From a bacterium (GTDB lineage Bacteria; Electryoneota; Electryoneia; Electryoneales; Electryoneaceae), in assembly GCA_963675295.2 (NCBI GenBank), contig CAXXKJ010000002.1, forward strand, positions 2,400,001 through 2,464,000: DNA of 64,000 nucleotides. Reading direction: 5' to 3'. Numbering within the stretch: the stretch's first letter is position 1; every line of letters starts with the position of its first letter. A program made the position numbers and the translations under genes. The notes under the pieces were generated by a model. That model was not told the DNA's origin and did not search any database. It worked only from the letters and a program-made list of their open reading frames with translations. Below, one piece after another: positions 18,214 through 27,743 of the stretch.

Positions 18214-19203
18214 TCAGCTCGTTGCGGAATCAGGGTCAGGCGTTCTCCGGTACTGCATCTCGATCAGGAACATGACCGCCCGGAGGACAATCTGGAACGC
18301 CTTCCGTCCTGAAATTGTGCGTGGAGTGGTCTCCTTCGCAACCCCATGGACGATGAGATTGCGGTAATCGGTGAGCTCGGCGAGGAGTTGCTCGAAGTTG
18401 GCGGGCCAATCTCCCAACCGTTCCTCGAGAAACATCAGTTTGGCACGTTTTTCGTTCATGCCGCGTTTGCGTCCGCGTTTGCGAATCATGGAGAAATCGA
18501 CTCCGACACGATGAAGCATCGCGTCGTAATAGAAGTCGAGCGCCATGGTCAGCATCACGATGGCGGCGAGATCCTCTTCTTGGCGAACGAGGCTGGCACC
18601 GTTCTGCAGGTACTGCAGCCACAACGGTTTTTCCCAATCGCCGGTTTCACCGAGTGCCATCCAGTGGATTTCCGCCGGTTCGGCGGGACGGTTCTTCTCC
18701 AGGATGCGGCTGAAGAGGATAAAGTTTTCCTCGCTGGTAGACAGTGGCAGTAATACCTGGTTGTTCGCGATCCACTGCCGGGCGGAACGGTTGCCATCCA
18801 CGATGAAGAAGACTTCCGGAGGACGGCGGTAACGCATGCCGAAATCGACGATCAACAGGTCATTGGGCGCGGATTGAACGTGTCCGTTGGTGGAAAAACC
18901 GGGCACGAGCGGGATAGCGTGCACCGAGTCAATGAACAGTTCGGGGTACTCGCGGTAATAGAGCAGGTAGCCGTCGACGTAAGGGAAGCGTGTATCACAT
19001 TTCGGGCAGGCGGTTTCCGCTTCCAGTCCTTCGCAGTTGTGTTCGAAATCGTGGAAGCACTTGGGACAGCGGATGGTGCGAATCGGAAGCATGGTCACGG
19101 GTTTCGGCGCGGAATCCGCCGTAGCCGTATGCTCGGCGATCTCATCCATCGCCGGACGGCCCTGTTGGATTGGAATCTGGCGTGACGCGTTCTTCGCTGG
19201 CAT
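18214..19203 (-). CDS. Hypothetical protein: Zn-ribbon + beta-rich middle domain + HEPN-like C-terminus
   Basis: CPKC...CPKC; DFGMRYRRPPEVF...IHWMALG; helical C-terminus with YRNLIVHG; start uncertain. Confidence 0.7.
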   Translation of the reverse strand: MPAKNASRQIPIQQGRPAMDEIAEHTATADSAPKPVTMLPIRTIRCPKCFHDFEHNCEGLEAETACPKCDTRFPYVDGYLLYYREYPELFIDSVHAIPLVPGFSTNGHVQSAPNDLLIVDFGMRYRRPPEVFFIVDGNRSARQWIANNQVLLPLSTSEENFILFSRILEKNRPAEPAEIHWMALGETGDWEKPLWLQYLQNGASLVRQEEDLAAIVMLTMALDFYYDAMLHRVGVDFSMIRKRGRKRGMNEKRAKLMFLEERLGDWPANFEQLLAELTDYRNLIVHGVAKETTPRTISGRKAFQIVLRAVMFLIEMQYRRTPDPDSATS

Positions 19204-19315
19204 GTTGTTATCCAACAATCAGGAGTGATGTTTCATTGCACTACGGAAAAGTGTCCCTCGTTCGTCAAGAAGATACGCGCGGAAGGGTGTAGTGTGAACC
19301 CTGGACTCCGCAAAA

Positions 19316-21043
19316 CTACAAAAAGTCACTCCAGTCCAAACCCAGCGAAATCAACGTGTCGGTGGTATCACGGGACGATGAGCCATCTTCGAAGAAACGA
19401 GCGATTCCGCCGCGTACCCAGACCCTCATCCCGGCGATGGGGAACAGATCGACCCGTGCGGACGCGCTGAGCTGTTCGGTTGAGGTGGACCGGAAGGGAA
19501 ACTCGCCGGGTCCGTGGGTCTCGACCACAGTGACGCGCGAACCGGAGTCGTATTGCTTCACCCCGGCGACTGTCGCACCGAATGCGACCCACTGAGCGAG
19601 CTTGCGTTGGGCGTTCAGGCTAAGGCCATGGCCGGACCCGTCATGCTCAAAGGAGGCGGTGTAGCGCGCGCTGGCGAGCACGGTCTCGAACTGACGGGCG
19701 AGGTAGAGGCGGGACGTGTACACGTTTTCCGCCCGACGGGATGCGTCGATGTCACGACGCAGGCGGAACGAGCCGTCAACACTCCATGACGATCGTGAAC
19801 CGGCGAACACTCGAAGAAATAGGGCCTGGCGTTGCTCGGGGTTGGTTTCGCCAGCGTCGGGTTCGCTCCAGTCGGCGGCGAGGCCGGTGGAGAGGGTGAC
19901 GCGTTGGATAGTGTGGACCAGGGCGAGCTGACCGCCGGTGACACCGCCGGGGTCGGTGCCGAAGGCGAGTGTCGGGCGTGCGTGGAAGGTGGAAAAATCC
20001 TGCGTTGCCCGCCAGCCGCTGGCGACGACACGTGTGTAATCCGCTAACCGATTCGTGAACTCGAAACCGCCACCCATCGTACCCGCAGATTGCGTTGCGA
20101 ACTCGCTGTGGAATTCCAGGCCGCGATCGGGGTGCTTGACGTCCCAGCCGATCCCGGCGGTCGAGAACTGATTGTTGGCGAAACGGAAGCGGGCGTTGTC
20201 GACTGCGGGTGAGATGTCTTCGAGGAACTCGGTTGCTGCGCCGGTGAGGCCGAGCTCGCCGAGGTTAAACGGCAGGTGCAACGTGACGTGGCCGCCAGCG
20301 TGCCGTGCGGGAAGCTGCACGATGTCCACGCTGCGATCCTCGGCGTGATCGCCCTGGGTGGCGTACGGGTAAAGGGGAGCGTCGGCGTTGGCTTGAAACG
20401 AGTCGAACTCCTGCAGACCGGCCCAGAGGTCAACGCGTGCCAGCTGCCGGGTCGAACCAGGTCGATCGAAGGTGCTGCTGACCGCCGCGCCTTTCCAGGC
20501 CCAGCCTTCCTCGGCGCTGAGGTTCATGCGGATGCCGTCACGGGGGCGGCGCAGCGCGGCAAAGGCGTCTGTCGTGGAGGACCACGACGGTGTGCCGGAG
20601 ACAGTCCAGCCGAGTCCCTGATCCACCTGGAAATCTCCCGCGATAAGGCGGCTGCGGTGATAGGTGGCGGTGAGGGATGCGCGCCAGAGGTCGAGCACGT
20701 TGCGCTCGCCGCTGTCGCGGTGCATCAGCAGACCGATCATGACCGATTCGCGGTCCATGGTCAGGCGGGCATAATGCGCGGGAAACGGTTCAGTGTCCGG
20801 ATTCAGCACCCGGGCGCGAAACTGAGTGCCGGTGGGTTTCGATTGCAGCCACTGCCACACCGATTCCTGGTTGTTGCCAGCAACGTCCAGCAGGAGGGAG
20901 TATTCATCGCTGGGTTCGACCGGGGTGAACTCGTCCATGATGTAGAGCGAATCCTGTGCGGACGAGGTGCCGGACGCATGGAGCAGGCACAGCGCGAACA
21001 GCAGCGCAAGGACGGTTGGACGGATGGCTGGTGCGTGCGTCAC
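19316..21043 (-). CDS. Outer-membrane beta-barrel protein resembling the barrel part of FCB ComEA/HhH-associated proteins
   Basis: Signal peptide, IAGDFQVDQGLGW motif, alternating beta strands, near-terminal LGLDW; no HhH repeat seen. Confidence 0.55.
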   Translation of the reverse strand: MTHAPAIRPTVLALLFALCLLHASGTSSAQDSLYIMDEFTPVEPSDEYSLLLDVAGNNQESVWQWLQSKPTGTQFRARVLNPDTEPFPAHYARLTMDRESVMIGLLMHRDSGERNVLDLWRASLTATYHRSRLIAGDFQVDQGLGWTVSGTPSWSSTTDAFAALRRPRDGIRMNLSAEEGWAWKGAAVSSTFDRPGSTRQLARVDLWAGLQEFDSFQANADAPLYPYATQGDHAEDRSVDIVQLPARHAGGHVTLHLPFNLGELGLTGAATEFLEDISPAVDNARFRFANNQFSTAGIGWDVKHPDRGLEFHSEFATQSAGTMGGGFEFTNRLADYTRVVASGWRATQDFSTFHARPTLAFGTDPGGVTGGQLALVHTIQRVTLSTGLAADWSEPDAGETNPEQRQALFLRVFAGSRSSWSVDGSFRLRRDIDASRRAENVYTSRLYLARQFETVLASARYTASFEHDGSGHGLSLNAQRKLAQWVAFGATVAGVKQYDSGSRVTVVETHGPGEFPFRSTSTEQLSASARVDLFPIAGMRVWVRGGIARFFEDGSSSRDTTDTLISLGLDWSDFL

Positions 21044-21930
21044 GGCGCGACCGGGTGTTGCTGCCAGTCGAGGCCGAAGGCGTGACTCCAGCCCAGCCAG
21101 GGGTGGTAATCGTACGCGCCCATGCCGGTCAGTCCCGACCAGCGGAGGGCGAGTCCGAGGTGGATGCGTTCCGGCGCGCTGTCGTATCCAGCACGGATCG
21201 CGAGGGCGTCCAGCATCCAGATCTCAGCTCCGGCGCGGACGGTGAGGTCGCGATGCTCCATCCACTCGATTTCAGCGAGCAGAGTCAGTTTCTCGAGCGG
21301 CGTGTAGCTGCCGGCAAGGTGGAGCATGTGCGGCGGGTGATCGTCGGTAAAGGTCGAGAGCGGAGTGCTCGCCAAGTTCAGCGCAGAGGCACCCACCGAC
21401 CAGCTCCGGGTGGTGTAAAACAGGCCCAGGTCTCCGCTGAACGTGTTGTCGTTGCCGTAGTTCTTCACCTGAACCTGGGTAACCGACAGCCCGGCTCCGA
21501 GTTGCAGGGAACCGGGGAGGGGATACGAAACGTTCAATCCGGCAGTTCGTTCACTGTAGAGCGTTTGCCCGAAGCCGGAGAGCCAGCCGCCGAGGGTGAG
21601 GTCTCCCAGTGGCGCGGCGGCCGCGAGCTTAAACCGATCAAATTCCGGCATGTCAAAGGAACGGGAAAACCCGGCGCTTACGGAATAGCCTGTGATCGTG
21701 GTCCCGGCGGCGGGGTTGAGGATGCGGCTGCCGGCGTGGTACGGATCGGCGACGGGGCTGACGGACGTACCAAGCTGCAGCAGTGACGGCCCACGTTCCT
21801 CGAGCAGGGCGGAGGCTGTGGTTGTCAAGAAGAGCAGAGAAATCGCGGCCAAGACCGTAGTTCGAACGGTTCGGAGAAAATTCGTATATTTTGGAATCAC
21901 ATTCTTGACATGAGCTGACGTTGTGCGCAT
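21040..21930 (-). CDS. PorV/PorQ-like outer-membrane barrel protein
   Basis: Signal peptide, ILNPAAG, DLGLFY, AIRAGY, YHPWLGWSH; overlaps the downstream gene by 4 bp; start uncertain. Confidence 0.6.
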   Translation of the reverse strand: MRTTSAHVKNVIPKYTNFLRTVRTTVLAAISLLFLTTTASALLEERGPSLLQLGTSVSPVADPYHAGSRILNPAAGTTITGYSVSAGFSRSFDMPEFDRFKLAAAAPLGDLTLGGWLSGFGQTLYSERTAGLNVSYPLPGSLQLGAGLSVTQVQVKNYGNDNTFSGDLGLFYTTRSWSVGASALNLASTPLSTFTDDHPPHMLHLAGSYTPLEKLTLLAEIEWMEHRDLTVRAGAEIWMLDALAIRAGYDSAPERIHLGLALRWSGLTGMGAYDYHPWLGWSHAFGLDWQQHPVAP

Positions 21931-22091
21931 GGATGGTTCCAGGCTGATTTGATGGCCAAAAGAAGATAACATGTGGCTGACGGGATCACATGGAACCGAA
22001 CTGGAGCGCGTTCAACGGGCTCTCTTTTGTTTTAGGATACGAATTCCGTGGACGAATCACGGAATAGTGTAACGGCCTGCAACGGGATCAA

Positions 22092-22107
22092 CGTGAGTTA
22101 GATCACA
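22092..22107. promoter_or_regulatory. CRP/FNR-family-like binding site
   Basis: CGTGA-GTTAGA-TCACA, 9/10 match to TGTGA-N6-TCACA, in a divergent intergenic region. Confidence 0.45.
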
Positions 22108-22219
22108 GAAGAACCCTGAAAGTTGCAATTAACCGTTATACGAACGCTATCCTTTTGGTTGATGTAGAACTAATTGGGATTTACGGCGTTTGAAATCTCG
22201 TGACGAGGGTGCGAATCTC

Positions 22220-22249
22220 TTGACTCAGTGGATTTGAAAGCCGTACGTT
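22220..22249 (+). promoter_or_regulatory. Promoter of mltF, probably leaderless
   Basis: TTGACT-18 bp-TACGTT, 6 nt before ATG 22256; no Shine-Dalgarno. Confidence 0.6.
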
Positions 22250-22255
22250 TGTGCT

Positions 22256-23722
22256 ATGAATTACCAAAAGTCCAAAACGTTCGCCCGGAACATCATTGGC
22301 GCAGGCGCCCTCGTGCTGCTGATCAGCTGCACGGACGGAACCCGTACGCCCGTGGATCCCAGGCCGGTGGACGTTGACCTGACGGAGATAGCTGCGCGGG
22401 ACACGTTGCGCGTGATTACGCGGAACCACCCGTTGACCTACTATCTCTACAAGGGGACTCGCCGTGGTTTCGACTTCGAGCTGATTCAGAAGTTTGCCGA
22501 CGAGCAGAACCTCGTCTTGGAAGTGGTGCTACCTCCGACGTGGAACGATATGATTCCGTACCTGCTTTCTGGCAAGGGCGATATCATCGCGTCGATGATG
22601 ACGGTGACGCCGGAGCGTGAGGAGCGGATTGACTTCACGCGTCCGTACAAGGATGTGTGGCAGGTTGCCGTTGGCCGCAAGGATGCTCCACCGCCGCGTA
22701 CGAAGGAAGATCTCGCGGGCCGGAGTGTGCTCGTGCGGCAGGGCTCATCGTACGATGAGAACCTGCGTGCGTTGCGGGACAGCCTTGGTGTCGATTTCAG
22801 CATCCAGTACCACGATGAAGTGAACGAAGTGGAAGATCCGGTGCAGCTCGTGGCGAACGGGCAGGCGGCGTTGACGGTGGTTGACAACACGATCGCGCAG
22901 CTGGAGCAGCAGTTCTATCCGGATCTGCGGATCGGTGCGTCGATGAGTGAGCATCAGCAGATTGCGTGGGGCGTGCGTCCCAACGCGCCGGAGCTGCTGG
23001 AAGCGTTAAACGAGTTCCTCGATCGCTATGATCGCAGCGCGTTCTTTAACATCCTCGAGAAGCGGTATTTCGAGAGTCCGCAGCGGTTCCGTATTCATCG
23101 CACCCACCAGATGGCGTTGAACCAGGAAGGCCGCATCAGCCGGTTTGACAACTTCTTCCGTGAAGCGGAATCGGATGTCGGCATCGACTGGCGTCTTCTG
23201 GCGGCGCAATCGTACCACGAAAGCCGGTTCTACCCGGAGCAAGTGTCGTGGGCGGGCGCGGTCGGCCTGATGCAGCTGATGCCGGAGACGGCGGCGACGC
23301 TTGGTGTCACGGACCTGTACGATCCGGAACAGAACATTCTCGGCGGTGCCCGGTATCTGCGCCAGTTGCTGGACATCATGTACGAGAATCTCGGTGAGAA
23401 CTCCGGCGATTTCCGTAACCAGATCAGTTTCGCGCTGGCGGCCTACAACGCCGGTCTCGGACATGTGTTTAACGCGCGCCGGCTGGTGCGCGAGCAGAAC
23501 GGCAACGCGGACAACTGGGAAGAAGTGGCGCAGGCGCTGGTGTTGCTTGAGCAGCCGGAATACTATCGCCGTGACGGGTATGCGTTCGTGCGTGGTGAAC
23601 AGGTCCGGCGCTATGTGTACGACATTTTGCACCGGTACGATATTTTTTGTGACCTGATCGAACGGGAACCGACTGAGAACGATCAGGATCCGGATGAGAC
23701 GCTGGTGTTGACGATGCTGTAG
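22256..23722 (+). CDS. mltF: Membrane-bound lytic murein transglycosylase F
   Basis: Lipobox-like LISC, SBP domain (GFDFEL, FTRPY), SLT domain DWRLLAAQSYHESRF, GLMQLMP, AAYNAG. Confidence 0.92.
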   Translation: MNYQKSKTFARNIIGAGALVLLISCTDGTRTPVDPRPVDVDLTEIAARDTLRVITRNHPLTYYLYKGTRRGFDFELIQKFADEQNLVLEVVLPPTWNDMIPYLLSGKGDIIASMMTVTPEREERIDFTRPYKDVWQVAVGRKDAPPPRTKEDLAGRSVLVRQGSSYDENLRALRDSLGVDFSIQYHDEVNEVEDPVQLVANGQAALTVVDNTIAQLEQQFYPDLRIGASMSEHQQIAWGVRPNAPELLEALNEFLDRYDRSAFFNILEKRYFESPQRFRIHRTHQMALNQEGRISRFDNFFREAESDVGIDWRLLAAQSYHESRFYPEQVSWAGAVGLMQLMPETAATLGVTDLYDPEQNILGGARYLRQLLDIMYENLGENSGDFRNQISFALAAYNAGLGHVFNARRLVREQNGNADNWEEVAQALVLLEQPEYYRRDGYAFVRGEQVRRYVYDILHRYDIFCDLIEREPTENDQDPDETLVLTML

Positions 23723-24008
23723 GAGAGGACCAATCAGGGTACAACTCTGATACTATTCCCAATTGTATTGCCCCGGCTGGATGACTGGCTGGGGCATTGT
23801 GTTTCTGGCAGGGATGAGTGGCAGTCTGCCTGATTGGCAGATCGCGGCAGAGGTACGTGTGGAGCGAGTCTCGGGTGCGAGTTGCCGTTTCTTCCCGTGT
23901 GCAGTACCTTTCGCCGTCTTTTCCGGCACCGGGGTTGAAATGGCCTTGTGTTTGCGATGTGACTGGAAAAAAGAGTTGCACGAACAGTTTGTCCTGGAGG
24001 ATGTGACC

Positions 24009-24371
24009 ATGCCGACGTACACCTACCAATGCACGGAGTGCGGGCATGCCTTTGATCTGTTTCATGGCATCATGGAAAACGGGACGCGTCCGTGCCCGGT
24101 TTGCGGTGCGGAAGCCAAGCGCCGGATCGGTGCGGGAGCCGGCCTGATTTTCAAGGGCAGCGGGTTCTATGAAACCGATTACAAGCGCAAGGGCAAAGGT
24201 TCGGACAACGGCCTGATATCCTCGGTGGGCAGCAACGGTCACGCGCACAGCAACGGCAGCAGCGCGGAGTCCAGCAATGGGACCGCGAGCAGTAATGGAA
24301 CCAGCGCGCCGGCGAGCGAATCGAAGAAGCCGGAGAGCGCGAAGAAAACGGCGGACACGAAAGCCGCCTGA
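24009..24371 (+). CDS. FmdB-family zinc-ribbon protein
   Basis: MPTYTYQCTECG...CPVCG...FKGSGFYETDY; GGAGG Shine-Dalgarno. Confidence 0.92.
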   Translation: MPTYTYQCTECGHAFDLFHGIMENGTRPCPVCGAEAKRRIGAGAGLIFKGSGFYETDYKRKGKGSDNGLISSVGSNGHAHSNGSSAESSNGTASSNGTSAPASESKKPESAKKTADTKAA

Positions 24372-24393
24372 CCGGATCCGACGAACGTCTCGA

Positions 24394-24430
24394 GCCCTGT
24401 GCCGTCAGCGATCGGTGCAGGGCCTTTTTT
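24394..24430 (+). terminator. Intrinsic terminator
   Basis: GCCCTGTGCCG...CGGTGCAGGGC stem followed by T6. Confidence 0.7.
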
Positions 24431-24606
24431 GTCGCTGATAGTACATGATTCGGGAGGTACGTGTTGCCGTCTCCGGCACGCCGTCAGCTGGTTTGACTCC
24501 CATCAGCGGCACTCCTACTTTCCATGCCACGGAAACAACAGACAATTCCGCGATTTACCCGTTGAAAAAGGGTGTGTTCGCGGCATAAACACAGGGAACT
24601 GGAACG

Positions 24607-26127
24607 ATGGATTTTCTGGCAGAACTCGGCATTCAGGATGTAAACAAGGGTGCATGCTACGGTGACGGCGGTTGGATCGGCGGCGAAGGCCGTGACGAGC
24701 TGGTCTCGTACAACCCGGCCAACGGCGAGCCGATCGCCAAGGTGCAGCAGGCGAACGAAGAAGACTACGAAACGGTGATGGCGAAGGCGACAGAAGCCTT
24801 CAAGACGTTCCAGATGGTTCCGGCGCCGGTCCGTGGCGAGATCATCCGTGATCTCGGCAATGCGCTGCGTAGGAAGAAAGAGCCGCTCGGCCGCCTGGTC
24901 AGCCTCGAAATGGGCAAGATCTACCAGGAAGGTCTCGGCGAAGTACAGGAAATGATCGACATCTGCGATTTCGCTGTCGGTCTCTCGCGTCAGCTGTACG
25001 GCTACACGATCAAGTCGGAACGTCCGCGTCACCGGATGATGGAACAGTGGCAGCCGCTCGGCGTGGTCGGCATTGTCACGGCGTTCAACTTCCCGGTTGC
25101 GGTCTGGGCGTGGAACACAGCGCTGGCGACGGTCTGCGGCGATCCGGTTGTCTGGAAGCCGTCCTCGGAAGTGCCGTTGACCGCAGTCGCGGTGCAGAAC
25201 ATCGCGAATGAGGTCGCGAAGAAGCACGGCTATGAAGGCATCTTCAACCTCGTGATCGGCAAGGGCCGAGTGGTCGGCGAACGTCTGATCAAAGACAGCC
25301 GCATCCCGTTGGTCAGCTTCACTGGTTCGACGGCGATGGGCAAGCATGTTGGAGAGGTCGTTGGCCAGCGTCTCGGCAGCACGATCCTCGAGCTCGGCGG
25401 CAACAACGCAGTGATCGTGACGCCGTCCGCGAACCTCAAGATGGCGGTCCGCAGCGTGATGTTTGGCGCGGTTGGGACGGCCGGCCAGCGTTGCACCTCG
25501 ACGCGCCGTGTGATCGTGCACAAGAGTGTGGCGGACAAGTTCATCGCTGATCTGGTCGCGGCGTACAAGCAGGTCAAGATCGGTGATCCGCTGGACGAAT
25601 CGACGTTGATGGGGCCGCTGGTGAACGAGGCCGCGCGTCAGGACATGATCCGTGCGCTGGATACGTTGAAGAGCCAGAACGCGGAGATCGTGTACGGCGG
25701 CAACATGATCGACGGTAAGGGTTTCTTCGTTGAGCCGACCATCGTCAAGGCGAAGCACGACTGGGAAATCGTGCATCACGAAACATTCGCCCCGATTCTC
25801 TACATCCTCGTGTACGAAGATTTCGAGAACGAGGCGCTGGCGTGGCACAACGAAGTCCCGCAGGGCCTGTCCTCCGCAATCTTCACCAACGATGTGGTGG
25901 AAGCGGAAACGTTTGTTTCGCCGATGGGCAGCGATTGCGGCATCGCGAACGTGAACCTCGGTACCTCCGGCGCGGAGATCGGTGGTGCGTTTGGCGGTGA
26001 GAAGGAAACCGGTGGTGGCCGTGAGTCCGGGTCGGATTCGTGGAAGGCGTACATGCGCCGTCAGACGAACACGATCAACTACTCGCATGAGCTTCCGCTC
26101 GCACAGGGCATCAAGTTCGGTGACTAA
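24607..26127 (+). CDS. Aldehyde dehydrogenase, ALDH7/antiquitin type (piperideine-6-carboxylate / aminoadipate-semialdehyde dehydrogenase)
   Basis: GEVQEMIDICDFAVGLSR, LELGGNNA, GTAGQRCT, GAEIGGAFGGEKETGGGRESGSD. Confidence 0.92.
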   Translation: MDFLAELGIQDVNKGACYGDGGWIGGEGRDELVSYNPANGEPIAKVQQANEEDYETVMAKATEAFKTFQMVPAPVRGEIIRDLGNALRRKKEPLGRLVSLEMGKIYQEGLGEVQEMIDICDFAVGLSRQLYGYTIKSERPRHRMMEQWQPLGVVGIVTAFNFPVAVWAWNTALATVCGDPVVWKPSSEVPLTAVAVQNIANEVAKKHGYEGIFNLVIGKGRVVGERLIKDSRIPLVSFTGSTAMGKHVGEVVGQRLGSTILELGGNNAVIVTPSANLKMAVRSVMFGAVGTAGQRCTSTRRVIVHKSVADKFIADLVAAYKQVKIGDPLDESTLMGPLVNEAARQDMIRALDTLKSQNAEIVYGGNMIDGKGFFVEPTIVKAKHDWEIVHHETFAPILYILVYEDFENEALAWHNEVPQGLSSAIFTNDVVEAETFVSPMGSDCGIANVNLGTSGAEIGGAFGGEKETGGGRESGSDSWKAYMRRQTNTINYSHELPLAQGIKFGD

Positions 26128-26232
26128 GTCCCGAACGGGTTGCTACCGCCTTATCTTTGCGACACCTTGAACCACGCGCCGGGAGTTCAGGAATGGACTT
26201 ACCGGCGCTGGTTGTTTACACATGAAAGACCG

Positions 26233-26703
26233 ATGGGTACGACGACTCCAGAGATCAAGAACCGCAAGGCGTTTCACGATTACCATATCGATGATCGCCT
26301 CGAGGCGGGCATCATGCTCAGCGGGACCGAGGTGAAATCGGTTCGGATGGGACGGGTGTCTCTGCGGGACGCGTACGTCGATTTTACCAGCGGCGAGCCG
26401 ATCCTGGTCGGGCTTTCGATTTCGAAGTATGATAATCGCGGGTATTCGGACCATGGTGTCCACCGTCCCCGCAAGCTGTTGATGCATCGCCGGGAGATTA
26501 AACAATGGGCCCGGAAAGTCCTTGAAAAGGGCTACACCGTGGTCCCGTTGCGGTTATATTTCAACGATCGGAATTACGCCAAGTTGGAAATCGGTCTCGC
26601 GCAGGGCAAGCGCCAGTACGACAAGCGCAAGGCGATTGCCGACCGTGAGGCCAAGCGGGATGTTGCGCGGGCAAAGAAGGAGGCGCAATCCTGGAATCGC
26701 TGA
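26233..26703 (+). CDS. smpB: SsrA-binding protein SmpB
   Basis: NRKAFHDY, EAGIMLSGTEVKS, RKLLMHRREI, GKRQYDKR. Confidence 0.97.
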   Translation: MGTTTPEIKNRKAFHDYHIDDRLEAGIMLSGTEVKSVRMGRVSLRDAYVDFTSGEPILVGLSISKYDNRGYSDHGVHRPRKLLMHRREIKQWARKVLEKGYTVVPLRLYFNDRNYAKLEIGLAQGKRQYDKRKAIADREAKRDVARAKKEAQSWNR

Positions 26704-26726
26704 CCAGGGAAAAAGTATCGCCACAA

Positions 26727-27740
26727 GTGGACGTGGGCCGAATCCGGCTGACGGACATTCTTGATCTCATCCGTGACGACAAGAAAGCGTTCCGGAAGCA
26801 GTACAAGTTGATGCTGCGTTCCGGGCTGCCGCTTGTTGACACGGTCGCCGCGCATCTCGTGAAATCTCGCGGCAAGGGGTTGCGTCCCGCGTTGACGTTA
26901 ATGTCGGCGCGAGCGTGCGGGGTGGAAGGACCGTTGCCGGAACGCACGTTGATCGCGGCGATGGTTGTGGAAATGTTGCACACGGCGTCCCTGGTACATG
27001 ACGACGTGGTGGACAAGGCGGACGAGCGGCGTGGCCGTCCGACTCTCAATCTGGTGTACAACAACAAGGTCGCCGTCCTGTTCGGCGATTTTATGCTCGC
27101 ACGTGCGCTGGACGGGATGTTCCAGCAGCGCAGCTTCAAGGTGCTCGACCTGTTCAGCGATTGCGCGGTACGGCTGGCGAAGGGTGAGTTGGTTGAGGCG
27201 ATCCAGGCGCGCAAGCTGACGATGGACAAGACCGATTACTTCCAGATGGTGGCGGACAAGACGGCGAGCCTGATCAGTGCCGCCTGCCAGATGGGTCCGT
27301 TGTCGCTGGAGTATGGCGACGAATACGTCGAACCGTTGGCGAAGTACGGCGAGCTGGTCGGCATCGCGTTCCAGATCCGGGACGATCTGCTTGACCTCGG
27401 CGATGGATCGAAGCGAATCGGCAAGCCGATCGGTCTCGACCTCGGCCAGGCGAAGTTGACGCTGCCGTTGATTCACACGCTGGAACAGCTGAGCGACAGT
27501 CAGCGTAAACAGGTGACAAACCGGCTGCGCAAGGCGAAGAAGCGCGACAAGCGTGGCAAGAGCACCGACCTGCGTGAGATCGTCGAGCTGATTCGTGAGC
27601 AGGGCGGGATTGAATACGCCCGTGATGTCGCTATCGACTACGCGGTCAAGGCGGGCGAAGCGCTGGACTCGTTACCAGATACGGAATACCGCGAAGGGTT
27701 GAAACGCTTCGCGATGTTTGCCGCGGTGCGTGACCGGTAG
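26727..27740 (+). CDS. Polyprenyl diphosphate synthase (IspB-like)
   Basis: GKGLRP, HDDVVD...RRG, FQIRDDLLD, GKPIGLDL. Confidence 0.93.
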   Translation: MDVGRIRLTDILDLIRDDKKAFRKQYKLMLRSGLPLVDTVAAHLVKSRGKGLRPALTLMSARACGVEGPLPERTLIAAMVVEMLHTASLVHDDVVDKADERRGRPTLNLVYNNKVAVLFGDFMLARALDGMFQQRSFKVLDLFSDCAVRLAKGELVEAIQARKLTMDKTDYFQMVADKTASLISAACQMGPLSLEYGDEYVEPLAKYGELVGIAFQIRDDLLDLGDGSKRIGKPIGLDLGQAKLTLPLIHTLEQLSDSQRKQVTNRLRKAKKRDKRGKSTDLREIVELIREQGGIEYARDVAIDYAVKAGEALDSLPDTEYREGLKRFAMFAAVRDR

Positions 27741-27743
27741 CCG

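Noticed and set aside
23723-24008. Long N-terminal extension of the FmdB ORF, or a riboswitch in this gap
   Set aside because: The family start MPTY with GGAGG is at 24009; a hairpin is present but no recognisable aptamer or expression platform.
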